A stretch of 64,000 nucleotides of DNA from Alphaproteobacteria bacterium. GTDB taxonomy: Bacteria > Pseudomonadota > Alphaproteobacteria > GCA-2731375. The stretch lies in NCBI GenBank assembly GCA_965225945.1, contig CBDDBZ010000033.1, forward strand, positions 96,001 through 160,000, in the 5' to 3' direction. Positions 29,283 to 40,101 of the stretch are shown here, one piece after another (within the stretch, counting starts at the first letter, position 1; each line of letters begins with the position of its first letter). The translations under genes and the position numbers were made by a program. The notes below the pieces were generated by a model. That model did no database searches and was not told the origin of the DNA. It worked only from the letters and a program-made list of their open reading frames with translations.

Positions 29283-30185
29283 TCAGCCCGACAACAGCAG
29301 GAGGATGCCGCCGACGATGAGGAGGATGCCGATCACCTCGCCTGGATTGGTGCGCTCGCGGAAGAAGACGATCGAGGCGATGAAGGTGAAGACCAGTTCC
29401 ACCTGGCCGACGGCGCGGACATAGGCGACATTCTGCAGCGTCATCGCGGTGAACCACCCGACCGATCCGATCATGCCGGTGATTCCGACCCAGACGGCGA
29501 GCTTCCAGGCGCGCAACAGTCGCGTGAGCTCTCCCGGCACCCTGAGGCGCATGTAGAGGCCCATGACGATCGTTTGCAGCACCAGCACGCAGGCCAGCGT
29601 GAAGGCGGCGCGCATCACCACTTCGCCGCCATCGAGGGCCAGCGCCGCGCCCCGGTAGGCGATGCCCGACAGGCCGAAGAGAGCGCCCGAGGCGATGCCG
29701 ATCCAGGCCGCGCGGTCGGCCAAGCTCGCCACCAACGACGCGACCTCGGCGTTCGAGCGCGCGATGGTGATCGCGACGACGCCGACGAGGCTTATGAGGA
29801 TCGCTAAAGTGGCCCCGGCGGTCAGCGGATCGCCCAAGATGATGATGCCGAAGACCGCCGTCTGGATCGTCTCGGTCTTGGAATAGGCGGTGCCGGCGGC
29901 GAAATTGCGCAGGGAAAATAGCGCCACCAGCAGCGCCGTCGCGCAAATCTGACTGACCGCCCCGAGCACCGCCCAAAAGGCGAACGTCCAGGTCGGCGCC
30001 GGCCAGGCGAAGCCACCGATCCAGGCCAAGCCCACGACATAGGCAATCGCGAAGGGAAAGGCATAGGCGAAGCGCGCCATGGTGGCGCCGGAGGTGTCGA
30101 GCCGCCCCTTCAGATGGCGTTGCAGCGCCGAACGCAGGTTCTGCATGAACGCCGCCGCGATCGTGATCGGTATCCAGGCTTCCAT
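29283..30185 (-). CDS. EamA/DMT family transporter
   Basis: About 10 hydrophobic segments, YSKTE and YVRAVGQVEL motifs. Confidence 0.85.
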   Translation of the reverse strand: MEAWIPITIAAAFMQNLRSALQRHLKGRLDTSGATMARFAYAFPFAIAYVVGLAWIGGFAWPAPTWTFAFWAVLGAVSQICATALLVALFSLRNFAAGTAYSKTETIQTAVFGIIILGDPLTAGATLAILISLVGVVAITIARSNAEVASLVASLADRAAWIGIASGALFGLSGIAYRGAALALDGGEVVMRAAFTLACVLVLQTIVMGLYMRLRVPGELTRLLRAWKLAVWVGITGMIGSVGWFTAMTLQNVAYVRAVGQVELVFTFIASIVFFRERTNPGEVIGILLIVGGILLLLSG

Positions 30186-30238
30186 GGCCGGTTGCGCCCT
30201 CCCCTGCCCTCGCGCCGCGACTTCACGGCTTCACGGCT

Positions 30239-31261
30239 TCACGGCTTCACGCCCACGCCCTCGGCCGCCGCCACGATATCCGCCCAAACGCCGTCGCCGA
30301 TCCGGATACCGCCAGCCGCCGCCTCCCGCGCCAGCGTGGTCTCGCGCTCGCCGGGCATCATCACGGAATCGACGCCCACCGCCGGCTTCGAAGCGCGCAC
30401 TTCCGCGACGAACGCCTCGGCGCGCCTCTCGTATTCCGCCATCGGCTGGAAGGCATCGGCGCCGAGCAGGATCATGAGCCAATTGTATTCCACGGGGTCC
30501 CCCAGCATGGCGTCGCCGACCAGTTCGGCGATGATCCCGAGCCCGCTGCCCTTGGGCCCCGCCGCCGCCAGCAAAGCCCCGCCGTCGTAATAGGCCTCGG
30601 GGTCTCGGGTCGGTTCGCCATGGCGGTCGATGGCGGCATCTGGTGGCAGGGTCTCGCCATTGGCGCGGGCCACCGCCACCTTACCCGTGGCAACGGTCGA
30701 AATGGCGAAATCGCAGATCACGGCTTCGCCGCGCGGGCCGGGCAGGGCGAGCGTGTAGGGATTGGTGCTCATCACCGCCTCGACGCCGCCGAACGGGACC
30801 ACATTGCCCCAACGTCGCCGGCCACCGCCGCCGAAACTGATCGCCAGGAAGCCGGCGGCCGCGGCCTGTTCGCCGTAAGCGCCCATCCGTCCCGTGTGCC
30901 CGCAATTGACGATTCCCGCGGCGGCCAGACCTCGCTTGCGCGCCTCCACGATCAGCGCCTCGGTCGCCCTGGCCATGGCGACGATGCCGATGCCGCGCGC
31001 GCCGTCCACCTGCAGCAGCCCCTCGCGCAACCTGCGCACGAGCGGTTCGGCCTCGGGGTCGATGACGCCCTCGCCGGCCTCGCTAAGATACTGCCCGAGG
31101 CGGTTGACGCCATGCGACGACACGCCCTTCATCTCGGCATCGACGAGATGGCGAGCCACGATATCGGCGTTGGCCGGGGTGAAACCGCCGGCGGCGAGGC
31201 ACTCGCGGATCAGCGCGGTCAGCCGCGCGGGCTGCATGGGCTCGGTGGGCATCGCTTCCAT
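30239..31261 (-). CDS. Ldh_2-family (malate/L-lactate/ureidoglycolate-type) oxidoreductase
   Basis: GVSSHGVNR, NCGHTGRMG, STNPY, GPKGSGL and MPGERE motifs. 8-bp repeat at the 3' end (30221-30251). Confidence 0.88.
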   Translation of the reverse strand: MEAMPTEPMQPARLTALIRECLAAGGFTPANADIVARHLVDAEMKGVSSHGVNRLGQYLSEAGEGVIDPEAEPLVRRLREGLLQVDGARGIGIVAMARATEALIVEARKRGLAAAGIVNCGHTGRMGAYGEQAAAAGFLAISFGGGGRRRWGNVVPFGGVEAVMSTNPYTLALPGPRGEAVICDFAISTVATGKVAVARANGETLPPDAAIDRHGEPTRDPEAYYDGGALLAAAGPKGSGLGIIAELVGDAMLGDPVEYNWLMILLGADAFQPMAEYERRAEAFVAEVRASKPAVGVDSVMMPGERETTLAREAAAGGIRIGDGVWADIVAAAEGVGVKP

Positions 31262-31416
31262 TCCCGGTAATTCGGCACGCTCGTGGCGCGCCCCGCTCGA
31301 TTATCGCCTCCGCCCCCGACTGTCGCTACCCTTCGGTTCACCGGTTGGATCGCGTCGCGCGGTCGTTGGAGGTCGTGGCGGCGCTCGCGGGGCAATCGCC
31401 GGTTGTCGCCGTCCCG

Positions 31417-31446
31417 TTGACATGAGACATATTCGTCCTATATTAC
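31417..31446 (+). promoter_or_regulatory. Sigma70-like promoter of hicAB (probably leaderless)
   Basis: TTGACA at 31417-31422, AT-rich -10 candidate TATATT at 31439-31444, and ATG at 31450. Confidence 0.6.
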
Positions 31447-31449
31447 TCC

Positions 31450-31665
31450 ATGACCGGGAACAAATTGATCAAGAAACTCAAGAAACTGGGCAAGAGCCTC
31501 GGGGTTGAAGTCCGCTACGATCCGAGGCACGGCAAAGGCAGTCACGGGAAGCTTCACTTCGGCGCTCGCTCCACGACGATCAAGGATCCGAAGAAGGAAA
31601 TCGGCGCCGGCCTGCTCAAGGGGATGCTCGACAACCTCGGCCTCGAAAAGGAGGATCTTTCATGA
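31450..31665 (+). CDS. hicA: HicA-family mRNA interferase toxin
   Basis: 71 aa, basic, with GKGSH motif. ATGA overlap with hicB. Confidence 0.85.
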   Translation: MTGNKLIKKLKKLGKSLGVEVRYDPRHGKGSHGKLHFGARSTTIKDPKKEIGAGLLKGMLDNLGLEKEDLS

Positions 31666-32084
31666 GAATGGCTTATCCGGCGAGCTTCGCCACCGACGAA
31701 GATGGCCGCGTGCTCGTGACCTTCCGCGACTTCCCGGAAGCGATCACTGACGGCGCGGACCAGGCAGAGGCGGAGAGCGAGGCGCTCGATCTTCTACATT
31801 CCGTCTTGGAGTTCCGCATGCGCGACCGAGACACGATTCCGCCACCTTCGCGCGCTCGTAAGGGCGAGAAGGTGATCACACCGGACTTGGACATCGCGCT
31901 CAAGGCCTCGCTTCACATGGCGATGCAGCAGAATGGTGTGACGATCGCCGAACTCACCCGCCGCCTCCAGGTCGACAATCGCGAGGCCCAGCGGATCGTG
32001 AACCCGCGACACGCCACGAGAACCCACCGAATGCAAGAGGCGCTGCGTGCCGCCGGCCGCGCCGTGGCGATCGAGCTTCGCTAG
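31662..32084 (+). CDS. hicB: HicB-family antitoxin with C-terminal HTH
   Basis: YPA...VTFRDFPEAITDG...EA...IPPPS followed by an HTH-like region. Confidence 0.88.
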   Translation: MRMAYPASFATDEDGRVLVTFRDFPEAITDGADQAEAESEALDLLHSVLEFRMRDRDTIPPPSRARKGEKVITPDLDIALKASLHMAMQQNGVTIAELTRRLQVDNREAQRIVNPRHATRTHRMQEALRAAGRAVAIELR

Positions 32085-32147
32085 CTCTTCCTCGGCCGGA
32101 TATCATGCCTATAGGCATGACGGCGCTGGCCGGGACCAGGTTCCGCC

Positions 32148-33392
32148 TCAACGGATTTCCAGGCCGGTCATGTCGATTGCCGGGGCGCGGCCGGCGATCA
32201 GGTCGGCGACGATTCGGGCGGAGCCGTTCGACATGGTCCAGCCGATGTGGCCGTGGCCGGTGTTGTAGTAGAGATTGTCCTGTCGCCCGCGCCCGATATA
32301 GGGACAGTTGTCCGGCGTCATCGGCCTGAGGCCCGCCCAATAGTCGGGCTTGTCATAGTCGGCGGCCTCGGGCAGCAGATCGCGCACCGCGCCCAGCATG
32401 TGGGTATAGTCGGACGGCTGGTGGCTCTTGTCATGGCCGGCGAACTCGGCCGTGGCGGTGACCCGCAGACGATCACCCATCCGCGTGAAGGCGCAGAGGT
32501 TATTTTCGTCGATGCCGTTGATCGCGGGCGGATTGTTGCGCCCGGCGATCGGCAGGGTGACCGAATAGCCCTTGACCGGATAGATCGGCAACCGCAGACC
32601 CAAGGGCTTGGAGAAACGCGGGCTGGCGCAGCCCATGGCCACGACATAGGCGTCGGCCACCTCCTCGCCCCGGTCGGTCACCACTTTCTCCACCCGGTCG
32701 CGCTCGACCGCGATGTCGGTGACGGTGGTATCGAATTTCACCGTGGCGCCCCGGTCGCGACAGAGCCCGGCCAAGCTTTGCGTGAACTTGTGGCAATCAC
32801 CGGTCTCGTCCCCGAGCGCGTGGACGGCGCCGGCGATTTTGTCCTTGGCGGCCGCCAGGGCGGGCTCGACCTCGGCCACCTCGTCAGGCGTGAGGGCGCG
32901 CAGATCCTCGCCCAGGTCCGTCAGGATCGCCATCTCCCGGATGCAATTCTCGAACGAGGCGGGATCGCGGTAGAGATAAAGGAAGCCGCCGCCCCGGCGG
33001 TCGTACTCGATGCCGGTCTCGGCCACGACCTCATGCAGCACCGCCTTCGAATAGACGCAGAGCCGGTGCTTGTTCCGAGTATTGCGGCGATAGCGCGCCG
33101 TCGTGCATTGGCCCAGGAATTGCCACGACCAATGCCAGAGCCCCGGGTCCAGGCTGAAGCGGAAACGAAGCGACTGATCGTTCCGCCAGAGCGAACGCAG
33201 CAGCGTCATCGGCGCCTTGGGCGACGACCAGGCATAGGCATGGCCCGGCGCGATGGCGCCCGCGTTGGCGAAACTGGTTTCCTCGCCCGCCGCGCCGAGC
33301 CGCTCCACCAGCGTGACCTCGTGACCGTCGCGAAGCAATTGCCACGCGCTCGTCACGCCGATGACGCCGCCGCCCATCACCAACACTTTCAT
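32148..33392 (-). CDS. D-amino acid dehydrogenase (DadA-like)
   Basis: GGGVIG, ETSFANAG, YPVKGYS, WAGLRPMTPD and NTGHGHIGWT motifs. Confidence 0.9.
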   Translation of the reverse strand: MKVLVMGGGVIGVTSAWQLLRDGHEVTLVERLGAAGEETSFANAGAIAPGHAYAWSSPKAPMTLLRSLWRNDQSLRFRFSLDPGLWHWSWQFLGQCTTARYRRNTRNKHRLCVYSKAVLHEVVAETGIEYDRRGGGFLYLYRDPASFENCIREMAILTDLGEDLRALTPDEVAEVEPALAAAKDKIAGAVHALGDETGDCHKFTQSLAGLCRDRGATVKFDTTVTDIAVERDRVEKVVTDRGEEVADAYVVAMGCASPRFSKPLGLRLPIYPVKGYSVTLPIAGRNNPPAINGIDENNLCAFTRMGDRLRVTATAEFAGHDKSHQPSDYTHMLGAVRDLLPEAADYDKPDYWAGLRPMTPDNCPYIGRGRQDNLYYNTGHGHIGWTMSNGSARIVADLIAGRAPAIDMTGLEIR

Positions 33393-33526
33393 CCCGCTTT
33401 CCCATCGATCGGGCGTGGATTGGGCAGACGTGCGCTTCCCCTCGGCCGAGAATTTGGCCCGCTCGCGCAGCAGGACCCACGCCGACGATGTTTCGGCGTG
33501 GGTCCTCCCCGCGTCGTGTCCGCTCG

Positions 33527-35215
33527 CTACTTGTCGAGCCAGAAGGTATCCATGCGGACCACGTCATAGATGCCGAAATAGTTGTAGGGGTTGTGGCCCT
33601 TGACGTAGTCGTACCAGCCGTCGTTGATCTTCTCCCAAGAGATCGGGAGCAGCGGCGGGTCCTCCTCCATGATCATTTCCGCCTGCCGGATGTAGTCGAG
33701 CCGCTTCGCCGCATCGACCTCGCTGTCGATCTTGCCCAGCAGCGCATTGAACGGATCGTTTTGCCATTGCGAATAATTCTGCGGGCCGCCCTTTCCGTAC
33801 CAGGTGTTGAAGTAGTCCGACGGGTCGATCAGCGTCGAGACGATCGCGCCGATCGATAGATCGAAGTTGCCCGAGTTGGTGTCGTCGAACCACACCGACT
33901 CGACCACCGTGCGCAGGTTGCACTCGATATTGAGGGCCTGTTGCAACATCGCCTGGATCGCTTGCGACCAGAGCTTGAAGCTGGCCACGTCGCGCACGAT
34001 GAAGTCCAGGCCCTTGATGCCGTTGGGATGACCGGCGGCGGCCAGCAGCGCCTTGGCCTCCTTGATCGAGGCCGTGGTATCCGGCTGATAGCCAAGCCGC
34101 TTCACCAGCTCCGGCTTCGGCGTGGCGACGTCCGAGAAGGGATAGACGAAGCCGCCGACCATCATCGGCGCCACGTCCTTGACCACGTCCACCAACACCG
34201 GCCGATCGAATACCAGATGCATGGCGCGGCGTACCCTGGGGTCGTTGAACGGCTCGCGCTTGGCGTTGACCCAAACCGCCTGGATGACGCTTTGGAAGTA
34301 GTCGGTCGCGGTCATGCCGGCGCGCTTGTCGACCTCCTTGCGGGTTACCGGGTCGATCAGCCGGGCGTAGTCGGTGCGACCGGCGAGGAGCGCCGAGCCG
34401 AGCTCGGGCGAGAACGGCAGGCCGTGCAGGAACTCGATGCCGTCGAGGTACGGCAGGCCTTCCATCCAATAGTCCTTGTTCTTCTCCATCACCCAGATTT
34501 CCTGCTCGATCCGCTTGACGCTGCGGAACGGGCCGGTGCCGGGGACGTCCAAGGTCTTGCGCAGGTTGTAGTTGTTGTCCTCCAGCGTCTTCTTGCGCAC
34601 GATGCCGTTCCAGCCGCTGGCGATCGCGCCCATGATGAAGTCGGGTGGGCGTGGCACCGAGAGCTTGAATTCGACCGTGTATTTGTCGCGCACGTTGATC
34701 TCGGCGACCGAGGGGAAGAGCGCGCTGCGCGGAATGGAGATGCCGGCCGGCGGCTTGGTGATACGGTCGAAGGTCGCCTTCACGTCCGCCGCCGTCAGCT
34801 CCGCGCCGTCGGAAAACAGCACGCCCTTGCGCAGGAAGAAGGTCAGGGTCTTGCCGTCCTTGGCGATCTCCCAGCTATGCGCGAGGTCGGGGATGATGGT
34901 CTGGCCACTGTCCACCGGGTTGCGGCGAATCAAATTGTCATACAAACACCCCTGGCTGCCCAGGTTGTTGACCGTGCCGGATTGGTGGAAGTCCAGGTGC
35001 GGCGGGCGCATGGTGATGCCGTAGCGCATGACCCCGCCGGACTTGGGGTTCGGCTCGGGCGCGACGAGCTTGAACTTCGAGCCGTCCATTTCCATCGGTA
35101 CCGCGGCATGGCCCAAGCCCCACGACATCGCGTAGGCGCTTGCCGCGGTCGCGGCGCTGGCCTTCAAAAAGTCGCGTCGGGTCCACCATGGCGTCGAGTG
35201 TCGTCGGCTTGTCAT
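33527..35215 (-). CDS. Family 5 (peptide/nickel) ABC substrate-binding protein with Tat signal
   Basis: TRRDFLK leader, PDLAHSW, LRKGVLFSDG, GTGPF and DPRVRRAM motifs. Confidence 0.9.
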   Translation of the reverse strand: MTSRRHSTPWWTRRDFLKASAATAASAYAMSWGLGHAAVPMEMDGSKFKLVAPEPNPKSGGVMRYGITMRPPHLDFHQSGTVNNLGSQGCLYDNLIRRNPVDSGQTIIPDLAHSWEIAKDGKTLTFFLRKGVLFSDGAELTAADVKATFDRITKPPAGISIPRSALFPSVAEINVRDKYTVEFKLSVPRPPDFIMGAIASGWNGIVRKKTLEDNNYNLRKTLDVPGTGPFRSVKRIEQEIWVMEKNKDYWMEGLPYLDGIEFLHGLPFSPELGSALLAGRTDYARLIDPVTRKEVDKRAGMTATDYFQSVIQAVWVNAKREPFNDPRVRRAMHLVFDRPVLVDVVKDVAPMMVGGFVYPFSDVATPKPELVKRLGYQPDTTASIKEAKALLAAAGHPNGIKGLDFIVRDVASFKLWSQAIQAMLQQALNIECNLRTVVESVWFDDTNSGNFDLSIGAIVSTLIDPSDYFNTWYGKGGPQNYSQWQNDPFNALLGKIDSEVDAAKRLDYIRQAEMIMEEDPPLLPISWEKINDGWYDYVKGHNPYNYFGIYDVVRMDTFWLDK

Positions 35216-35348
35216 CTCTCTCTCCTCCCTAACTTTCCAGGCCCCCCGAATTCCAGGCCTTTCCGTGACCGCGGGCTGTATGCTCTGATAGCTCGCCCTC
35301 GAACCCAGGGCCTGGAGAGCACCGTGGCGCGATCTCGGGAGTCGCATC

Positions 35349-36413
35349 TTGAACCAAACAGAGTCTGTTGAACAGGGGGGCGGGAGGCCGGACCCGGGCA
35401 CGGGCACGGGCGAGACGATTCTGGAGATCGATAACCTTCATACTCAATTCTTCACCGAGGACGGCGTCGTGCGGGCGGTGGACGGCGTGTCCTACCAGGT
35501 CAGGAGCGGCGAGACGCTCGGCGTGGTCGGTGAATCGGGCTGCGGCAAGAGCGTGACCGCGCTCTCCATCCTGCGTCTCGTCGCCGATCCGCCCGGCCGC
35601 ATCGTCGAGGGGACCATCCGCTTCGAGGGCACCAACCTGTTGGCTCTGAGCGAGACCGAGATGGAGGCGATCCGCGGCAACGAAATCTCGATGATCTTCC
35701 AAGAGCCGATGACTTCGCTCAATCCGCTGTTCACGGTGGGGCGCCAGATCAGCGAGGCGATCGCGCTCCACCAGGGGCTGTCGCGGAGCGCCGCCATGGA
35801 TCTTGCCGTGGAGATGCTTCGCCGCGTGCATATGCCCGAGCCGGAACGCCGCGTGCTGGCCTATCCCCACCAGCTTTCGGGCGGCATGCGCCAACGGGTG
35901 ATGATCGCCATGGCGATGTCGTGCAACCCGAAGGTTCTGATCGCCGACGAGCCGACGACGGCACTGGACGTCACGATCCAGGCGCAGATACTCGACCTCA
36001 TGCGTGAAATTCAGGACGGTCTCGGCCAGGCGATCATCTTGATCACCCACGACATGGGCGTGGTTGCCGAGCACGCCGACCGGGTGGTGGTGATGTACGC
36101 GGGGCGGAAAGTCGAGGAGGCCGAGGTCGACGAGCTGTTCGATCACCCTGGCCACCCCTACACCATGGGCCTTCTGGGTGCCATTCCGAACCTCGACGAC
36201 GCGGCCCGCGCCGAGACCGGGCGGGTGCGGCTGAACGAGATCAAGGGCATGGTGCCCTCGCTGCTCGACCTGCCGCAGGGCTGCATCTTCGCGCCGCGTT
36301 GCGGCTTCGCCAGTGACCAGTGCCACGCCGCCTATCCGCCGTTGGTCGAGCACCGCCCCGGCCACTGGGTCGCCTGCTGGCACGCCGAGCGCTTGCTGGG
36401 AGACGGCACGTGA
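35349..36413 (+). CDS. Peptide ABC transporter ATP-binding protein (OppD/DppD-like)
   Basis: [25 protein letters not shown] and C-terminal Cys motif. Confidence 0.93.
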   Translation: MNQTESVEQGGGRPDPGTGTGETILEIDNLHTQFFTEDGVVRAVDGVSYQVRSGETLGVVGESGCGKSVTALSILRLVADPPGRIVEGTIRFEGTNLLALSETEMEAIRGNEISMIFQEPMTSLNPLFTVGRQISEAIALHQGLSRSAAMDLAVEMLRRVHMPEPERRVLAYPHQLSGGMRQRVMIAMAMSCNPKVLIADEPTTALDVTIQAQILDLMREIQDGLGQAIILITHDMGVVAEHADRVVVMYAGRKVEEAEVDELFDHPGHPYTMGLLGAIPNLDDAARAETGRVRLNEIKGMVPSLLDLPQGCIFAPRCGFASDQCHAAYPPLVEHRPGHWVACWHAERLLGDGT

Positions 36414-37456
36414 GCGCGCCGACGGCCACCGACGTCGCCGACGGCGGCGAGGCGCCCCTGCTCGAGGTCCAGGGCCTGAAGAAGCACTTCCCGATCCACA
36501 AGGGTGTCTTCGGCCGCATGGTCGGGCGGGTCTATGCGGTCGACGGCGTCTCCTTCCACATCAAGCGGGGCGAGACGCTGGGGCTGGTCGGCGAAAGCGG
36601 CTGCGGCAAGTCGACCGTCGGCCGCACCGTGCTGAAACTGCTGGATCCGACCGAGGGCAGGATCAAGGTCAAGGGCGAGGACATCACCGACCTGAACACG
36701 GTGGCGATGATGCCGTTTCGCCAGCAGATGCAGATGATCTTCCAGGATCCTTACGCCTCGCTCAATCCGCGCATGTCGGCCGGCGACATCGTGGGCGAGC
36801 CCCTGCTCATCCACCAGACGGCGACGCGCCAGGAGCGCCGCGAGCAGGTGGCGGCGCTGTTCGAACGGGTGGGGCTGGGGCCACGGCACATGCATTCCTA
36901 TCCGCACGAGTTCTCCGGCGGTCAGCGCCAGCGCATCGGCATCGCCCGGGCACTGGCCCTGAATCCGGAGTTGATCATCGGCGACGAGCCGGTGTCGGCG
37001 CTGGATGTTTCGATCCAGGCGCAGATCATCAACCTGCTGATGGATCTGCAGGAAGAGCTCGAGCTGTCGTATCTCTTCGTCGCCCACGACCTGGCCGTGG
37101 TCGAGCACATAAGCCACCGGATCGCGGTGATGTATCTCGGCAGAATTGTCGAGACCACCGACAAGACCAGCCTCTTCGAGGCGCCGCTACACCCCTATAC
37201 CGAGGCCCTGCTCTCGGCGGTGCCGATCCCGAAGGCACGGGCCCGCGGGCGCAATCGGGTGATTTTGAGCGGCGACGTGCCGAGCCCGATCAACCCGCCG
37301 TCGGGCTGTCACTTCCACTCGCGTTGCCCCTATGCGATGGCGCGCTGTCGGGCCGAAGAGCCGAAATTGCGCGAGATTCTGCCGGGGCACTGGGCCTCCT
37401 GCCACCTGCACGACGGTGGTGCCACCCTCCCCTTGGCCAAACCGACGGCGGCGTAG
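36410..37456 (+). CDS. Peptide ABC transporter ATP-binding protein (OppF/DppF-like)
   Basis: [25 protein letters not shown] and GDVPSP...[12 protein letters not shown] overlap with the previous gene. Confidence 0.93.
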   Translation: MSAPTATDVADGGEAPLLEVQGLKKHFPIHKGVFGRMVGRVYAVDGVSFHIKRGETLGLVGESGCGKSTVGRTVLKLLDPTEGRIKVKGEDITDLNTVAMMPFRQQMQMIFQDPYASLNPRMSAGDIVGEPLLIHQTATRQERREQVAALFERVGLGPRHMHSYPHEFSGGQRQRIGIARALALNPELIIGDEPVSALDVSIQAQIINLLMDLQEELELSYLFVAHDLAVVEHISHRIAVMYLGRIVETTDKTSLFEAPLHPYTEALLSAVPIPKARARGRNRVILSGDVPSPINPPSGCHFHSRCPYAMARCRAEEPKLREILPGHWASCHLHDGGATLPLAKPTAA

Positions 37457-37483
37457 CGGCGGCCGGGACTTTCGATTCCGGTC

Positions 37484-38401
37484 TCAAACGGAGCCACGCA
37501 GCCGCGGGTCGAGCATGTCGCGGATGCCGTCGCCCAGCAGATTGAAGGCCAGCACCGTGATGGTGATGGCGAGACCCGGGAACAGCACCAGCCACCACGG
37601 CGGTATGATGCCCGCGTTCAGCGCGTCGGCCAGCATGTTGCCCCACGTCGGGGTCGGTGGCGGGATGCCGACGCCGAGAAAGCCGAGCGAGGCTTCGATG
37701 ATGATCGCGACGCCGAGATGGGTCGTGGCCAGGATCAGGTAAGGCGCCACGCACTGCGGCAGAATGTGGCGCAGCATGATGCGCCAGTGGGAGGCGCCCA
37801 CGCTGCGCGCGGCCTCGACGAAAGCCATCTCCTTCAGGGACAGCACTACGGAGCGGATGACCCGCCCGCCGAAGGGTATTCGCGTGATGGCGATGGCGAT
37901 AATCACCGTCGTGGTGCTGGCGCCGAGCGCCATGGCGATGGCCATCGCCAATATCAAGTCGGGAAAGGCCTGCAGGAACTCGATGATGCGCTGAGAGACG
38001 ATATCGAATCGGCCGCCGAAATAGCCGCTGGCCAGGCCCCAAAAGCAACCCAATGTGGTCCCCAGCAAGACCGCCGCGATGGCTATCGTCAGCGACACGC
38101 GGCTGCCGTGGATGGTGCGGCTGAGCGTATCGCGACCGATCTGGTCGGTGCCGAAATAGTTGATTTCGTCGGGTGCCAACTGCATGCGCCGGAAGTCGGA
38201 TTTCAGCGGATCGAAGGGTGCGATGAGCGGCGCGGTGATGGCCATGACGACGATGGCAATCGCCACCACGCCCCAGAAGGCGGAGAGCGGCGAGCGCCGG
38301 GCGAAGCTCTCGAGCCCGTTCCGCGCTCGCGCCGCCAGCGATCGGGCCGGCCGCGTGGCCCCCGGCGGCAACGCGGTCGTCGTCTCGGGCCGCGTGCTCA
38401 T
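37484..38401 (-). CDS. Peptide ABC transporter permease (OppC/DppC-like)
   Basis: FGTDQIGRD, FVEAARSVGA (EAA loop) and LLGDGIRDMLDPR motifs. Confidence 0.92.
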   Translation of the reverse strand: MSTRPETTTALPPGATRPARSLAARARNGLESFARRSPLSAFWGVVAIAIVVMAITAPLIAPFDPLKSDFRRMQLAPDEINYFGTDQIGRDTLSRTIHGSRVSLTIAIAAVLLGTTLGCFWGLASGYFGGRFDIVSQRIIEFLQAFPDLILAMAIAMALGASTTTVIIAIAITRIPFGGRVIRSVVLSLKEMAFVEAARSVGASHWRIMLRHILPQCVAPYLILATTHLGVAIIIEASLGFLGVGIPPPTPTWGNMLADALNAGIIPPWWLVLFPGLAITITVLAFNLLGDGIRDMLDPRLRGSV

Positions 38402-39360
38402 TGAATCCGAATCCTCGGGTCGAGCCAGGCGATGATCAGGTCGACCATGATGTTGAGCAATACGAAAACGATGGAGTACACGAAGACCAAGTTTTGCATC
38501 ACGAAGATGTCGCGCTCCTTCACCGCGTTGAACATCGCATTGCCGAGCCCGGGCGTGCCGAAGGCTCGCTCGATCGGGATCGAGCCCGCCAGCACGAAGC
38601 CGAGCAGGATGCCGGAAAGCGTGATCACCGGCAGCAGCGCGTTCGGCAAGGCATGCAGGCTCACCACCAGCCGCCCGTTCAGGCCCTTGGCGCGTGCCGT
38701 CCTGATGTAGTCCTCGCGGATCACCTCCAGCAAACAGGACCGCGCCATGCGGGCGATGTAGGCCGCCTGCCCCAATGCCAGGACCACCGCCGGGCCGATA
38801 ATCATTTGGAACAGCAACCAGGGCTCTTCGAATATCGAGGCACCGGCGGCGGTCAGCGGCGCGCGATAGCCGAAGCCGAACAAGAGTCCGAGCACGATCA
38901 GCATGCCCAGCCAGAAGCCGGGCACCGCCAGGCAGGTGATGGAAAGGAACCTTCCGACGTTGTCACCGATGCTGTTGGGGCGCAGCGCGCTGACCAGGGC
39001 CACGGGAATGCCGATGATCCAGGACAACACCACCGAGAGCGCGGCGATCTGGGCGGTCAGCGGGCCACGCCGCAGGATCATGTCGCCGACGCTTTCGGCG
39101 CGGAAGAAGGAACGGCCGAAGTCGCCGCGCGCGATGTCGGCCATCCACTTGAAATACTGCACGAGGAGAGGATCCGTCAGGCCCAGCTCCTTCATGTAGC
39201 TTTCGCGCTGCGCTTCGGTCAGCTTGATCATGCCCTCGGGACCGAAAATCGCCGTCAGCGGATCCCCCGGCATGACCCGCATGACCAGGAACACGATAAT
39301 GGACACACCGAAGATGGTGAGGGCACCAAAGGCGAAACGCCGCACGATATAGCTATACAT
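38398..39360 (-). CDS. Peptide ABC transporter permease (OppB/DppB-like)
   Basis: PGDP, GDFGRS, DYIRTARAKG and LDPRIR motifs. Confidence 0.92.
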   Translation of the reverse strand: MYSYIVRRFAFGALTIFGVSIIVFLVMRVMPGDPLTAIFGPEGMIKLTEAQRESYMKELGLTDPLLVQYFKWMADIARGDFGRSFFRAESVGDMILRRGPLTAQIAALSVVLSWIIGIPVALVSALRPNSIGDNVGRFLSITCLAVPGFWLGMLIVLGLLFGFGYRAPLTAAGASIFEEPWLLFQMIIGPAVVLALGQAAYIARMARSCLLEVIREDYIRTARAKGLNGRLVVSLHALPNALLPVITLSGILLGFVLAGSIPIERAFGTPGLGNAMFNAVKERDIFVMQNLVFVYSIVFVLLNIMVDLIIAWLDPRIRIQ

Positions 39361-39623
39361 CGGACACGGGACTGAAAGGCATGAGACTCGAAACCGAGAT
39401 GATCGCCCGGGAGGGGATGAACGGCGGGGAAAGACTGCGACCAGCTCGACGCGGGAGTCAAGCAATCCCGCCAGCTCCGGGGGGCGGCGCGGATCGAGCC
39501 GGGCCGTGGCGCTCGGCCGCGTCGGCGAACTGAGGCGCCGATGGCGAGAGGGAAGCGTCGCGTTCGGGTTTGCGGGCCTCGCTCTGGATCACTACGCTCG
39601 ATCGCCTTGGAAGGAGTCGAACC

Positions 39624-40090
39624 ATGCCGATCACCAAGGGAATCAAACAGCTCGTCGCCGAGGCGGAGGCCGAAATCGAGGTCTGGAGCGTCGAGCAGGC
39701 GATGGCCGCGCACGGCGGCGAGGAGACCGTCTTCGTCGACATTCGCGATGTCCGCGAGCTCTGGCGCGACGGCACGATTCCGGGCGCCCTCCACGCGCCG
39801 CGCGGCATGCTGGAATTTTGGGTCGATCCGGAAAGCCCCTATGCCCGCGAGATTTTTCAGAGCGGCAAACGCTTCGTCTTCTTCTGCGCCGCCAGCCGGC
39901 TTCTTCGGGCGACCCGCCGACCCGGGCGACCCGGGCGACCCGGGCGACCCGGGCGACCCGGGCGACCCGGGCGACCCGGGCGGTGCAGGACATGGGGCTG
40001 GCCCCGGTCTGTCACTTCGAGGGCGGTTTCGGTGCCTGGAAGCAGGCCGGCGGCCAGGTCGAGCCGCGCGAGCCGAAGCCGCGCAATTGA
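39624..40090 (+). pseudogene. Rhodanese-domain protein frameshifted by a 9-bp repeat array
   Basis: DIRDVRE...PRGMLEFW...FFCAA in one frame and AVQDMG...FEGGFGAWK in another. Seven copies of CGACCCGGG at 39918-39980 plus an 8-nt copy at 39910-39917. Confidence 0.8.
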
Positions 40091-40101
40091 AGCCCGCTCC
40101 C

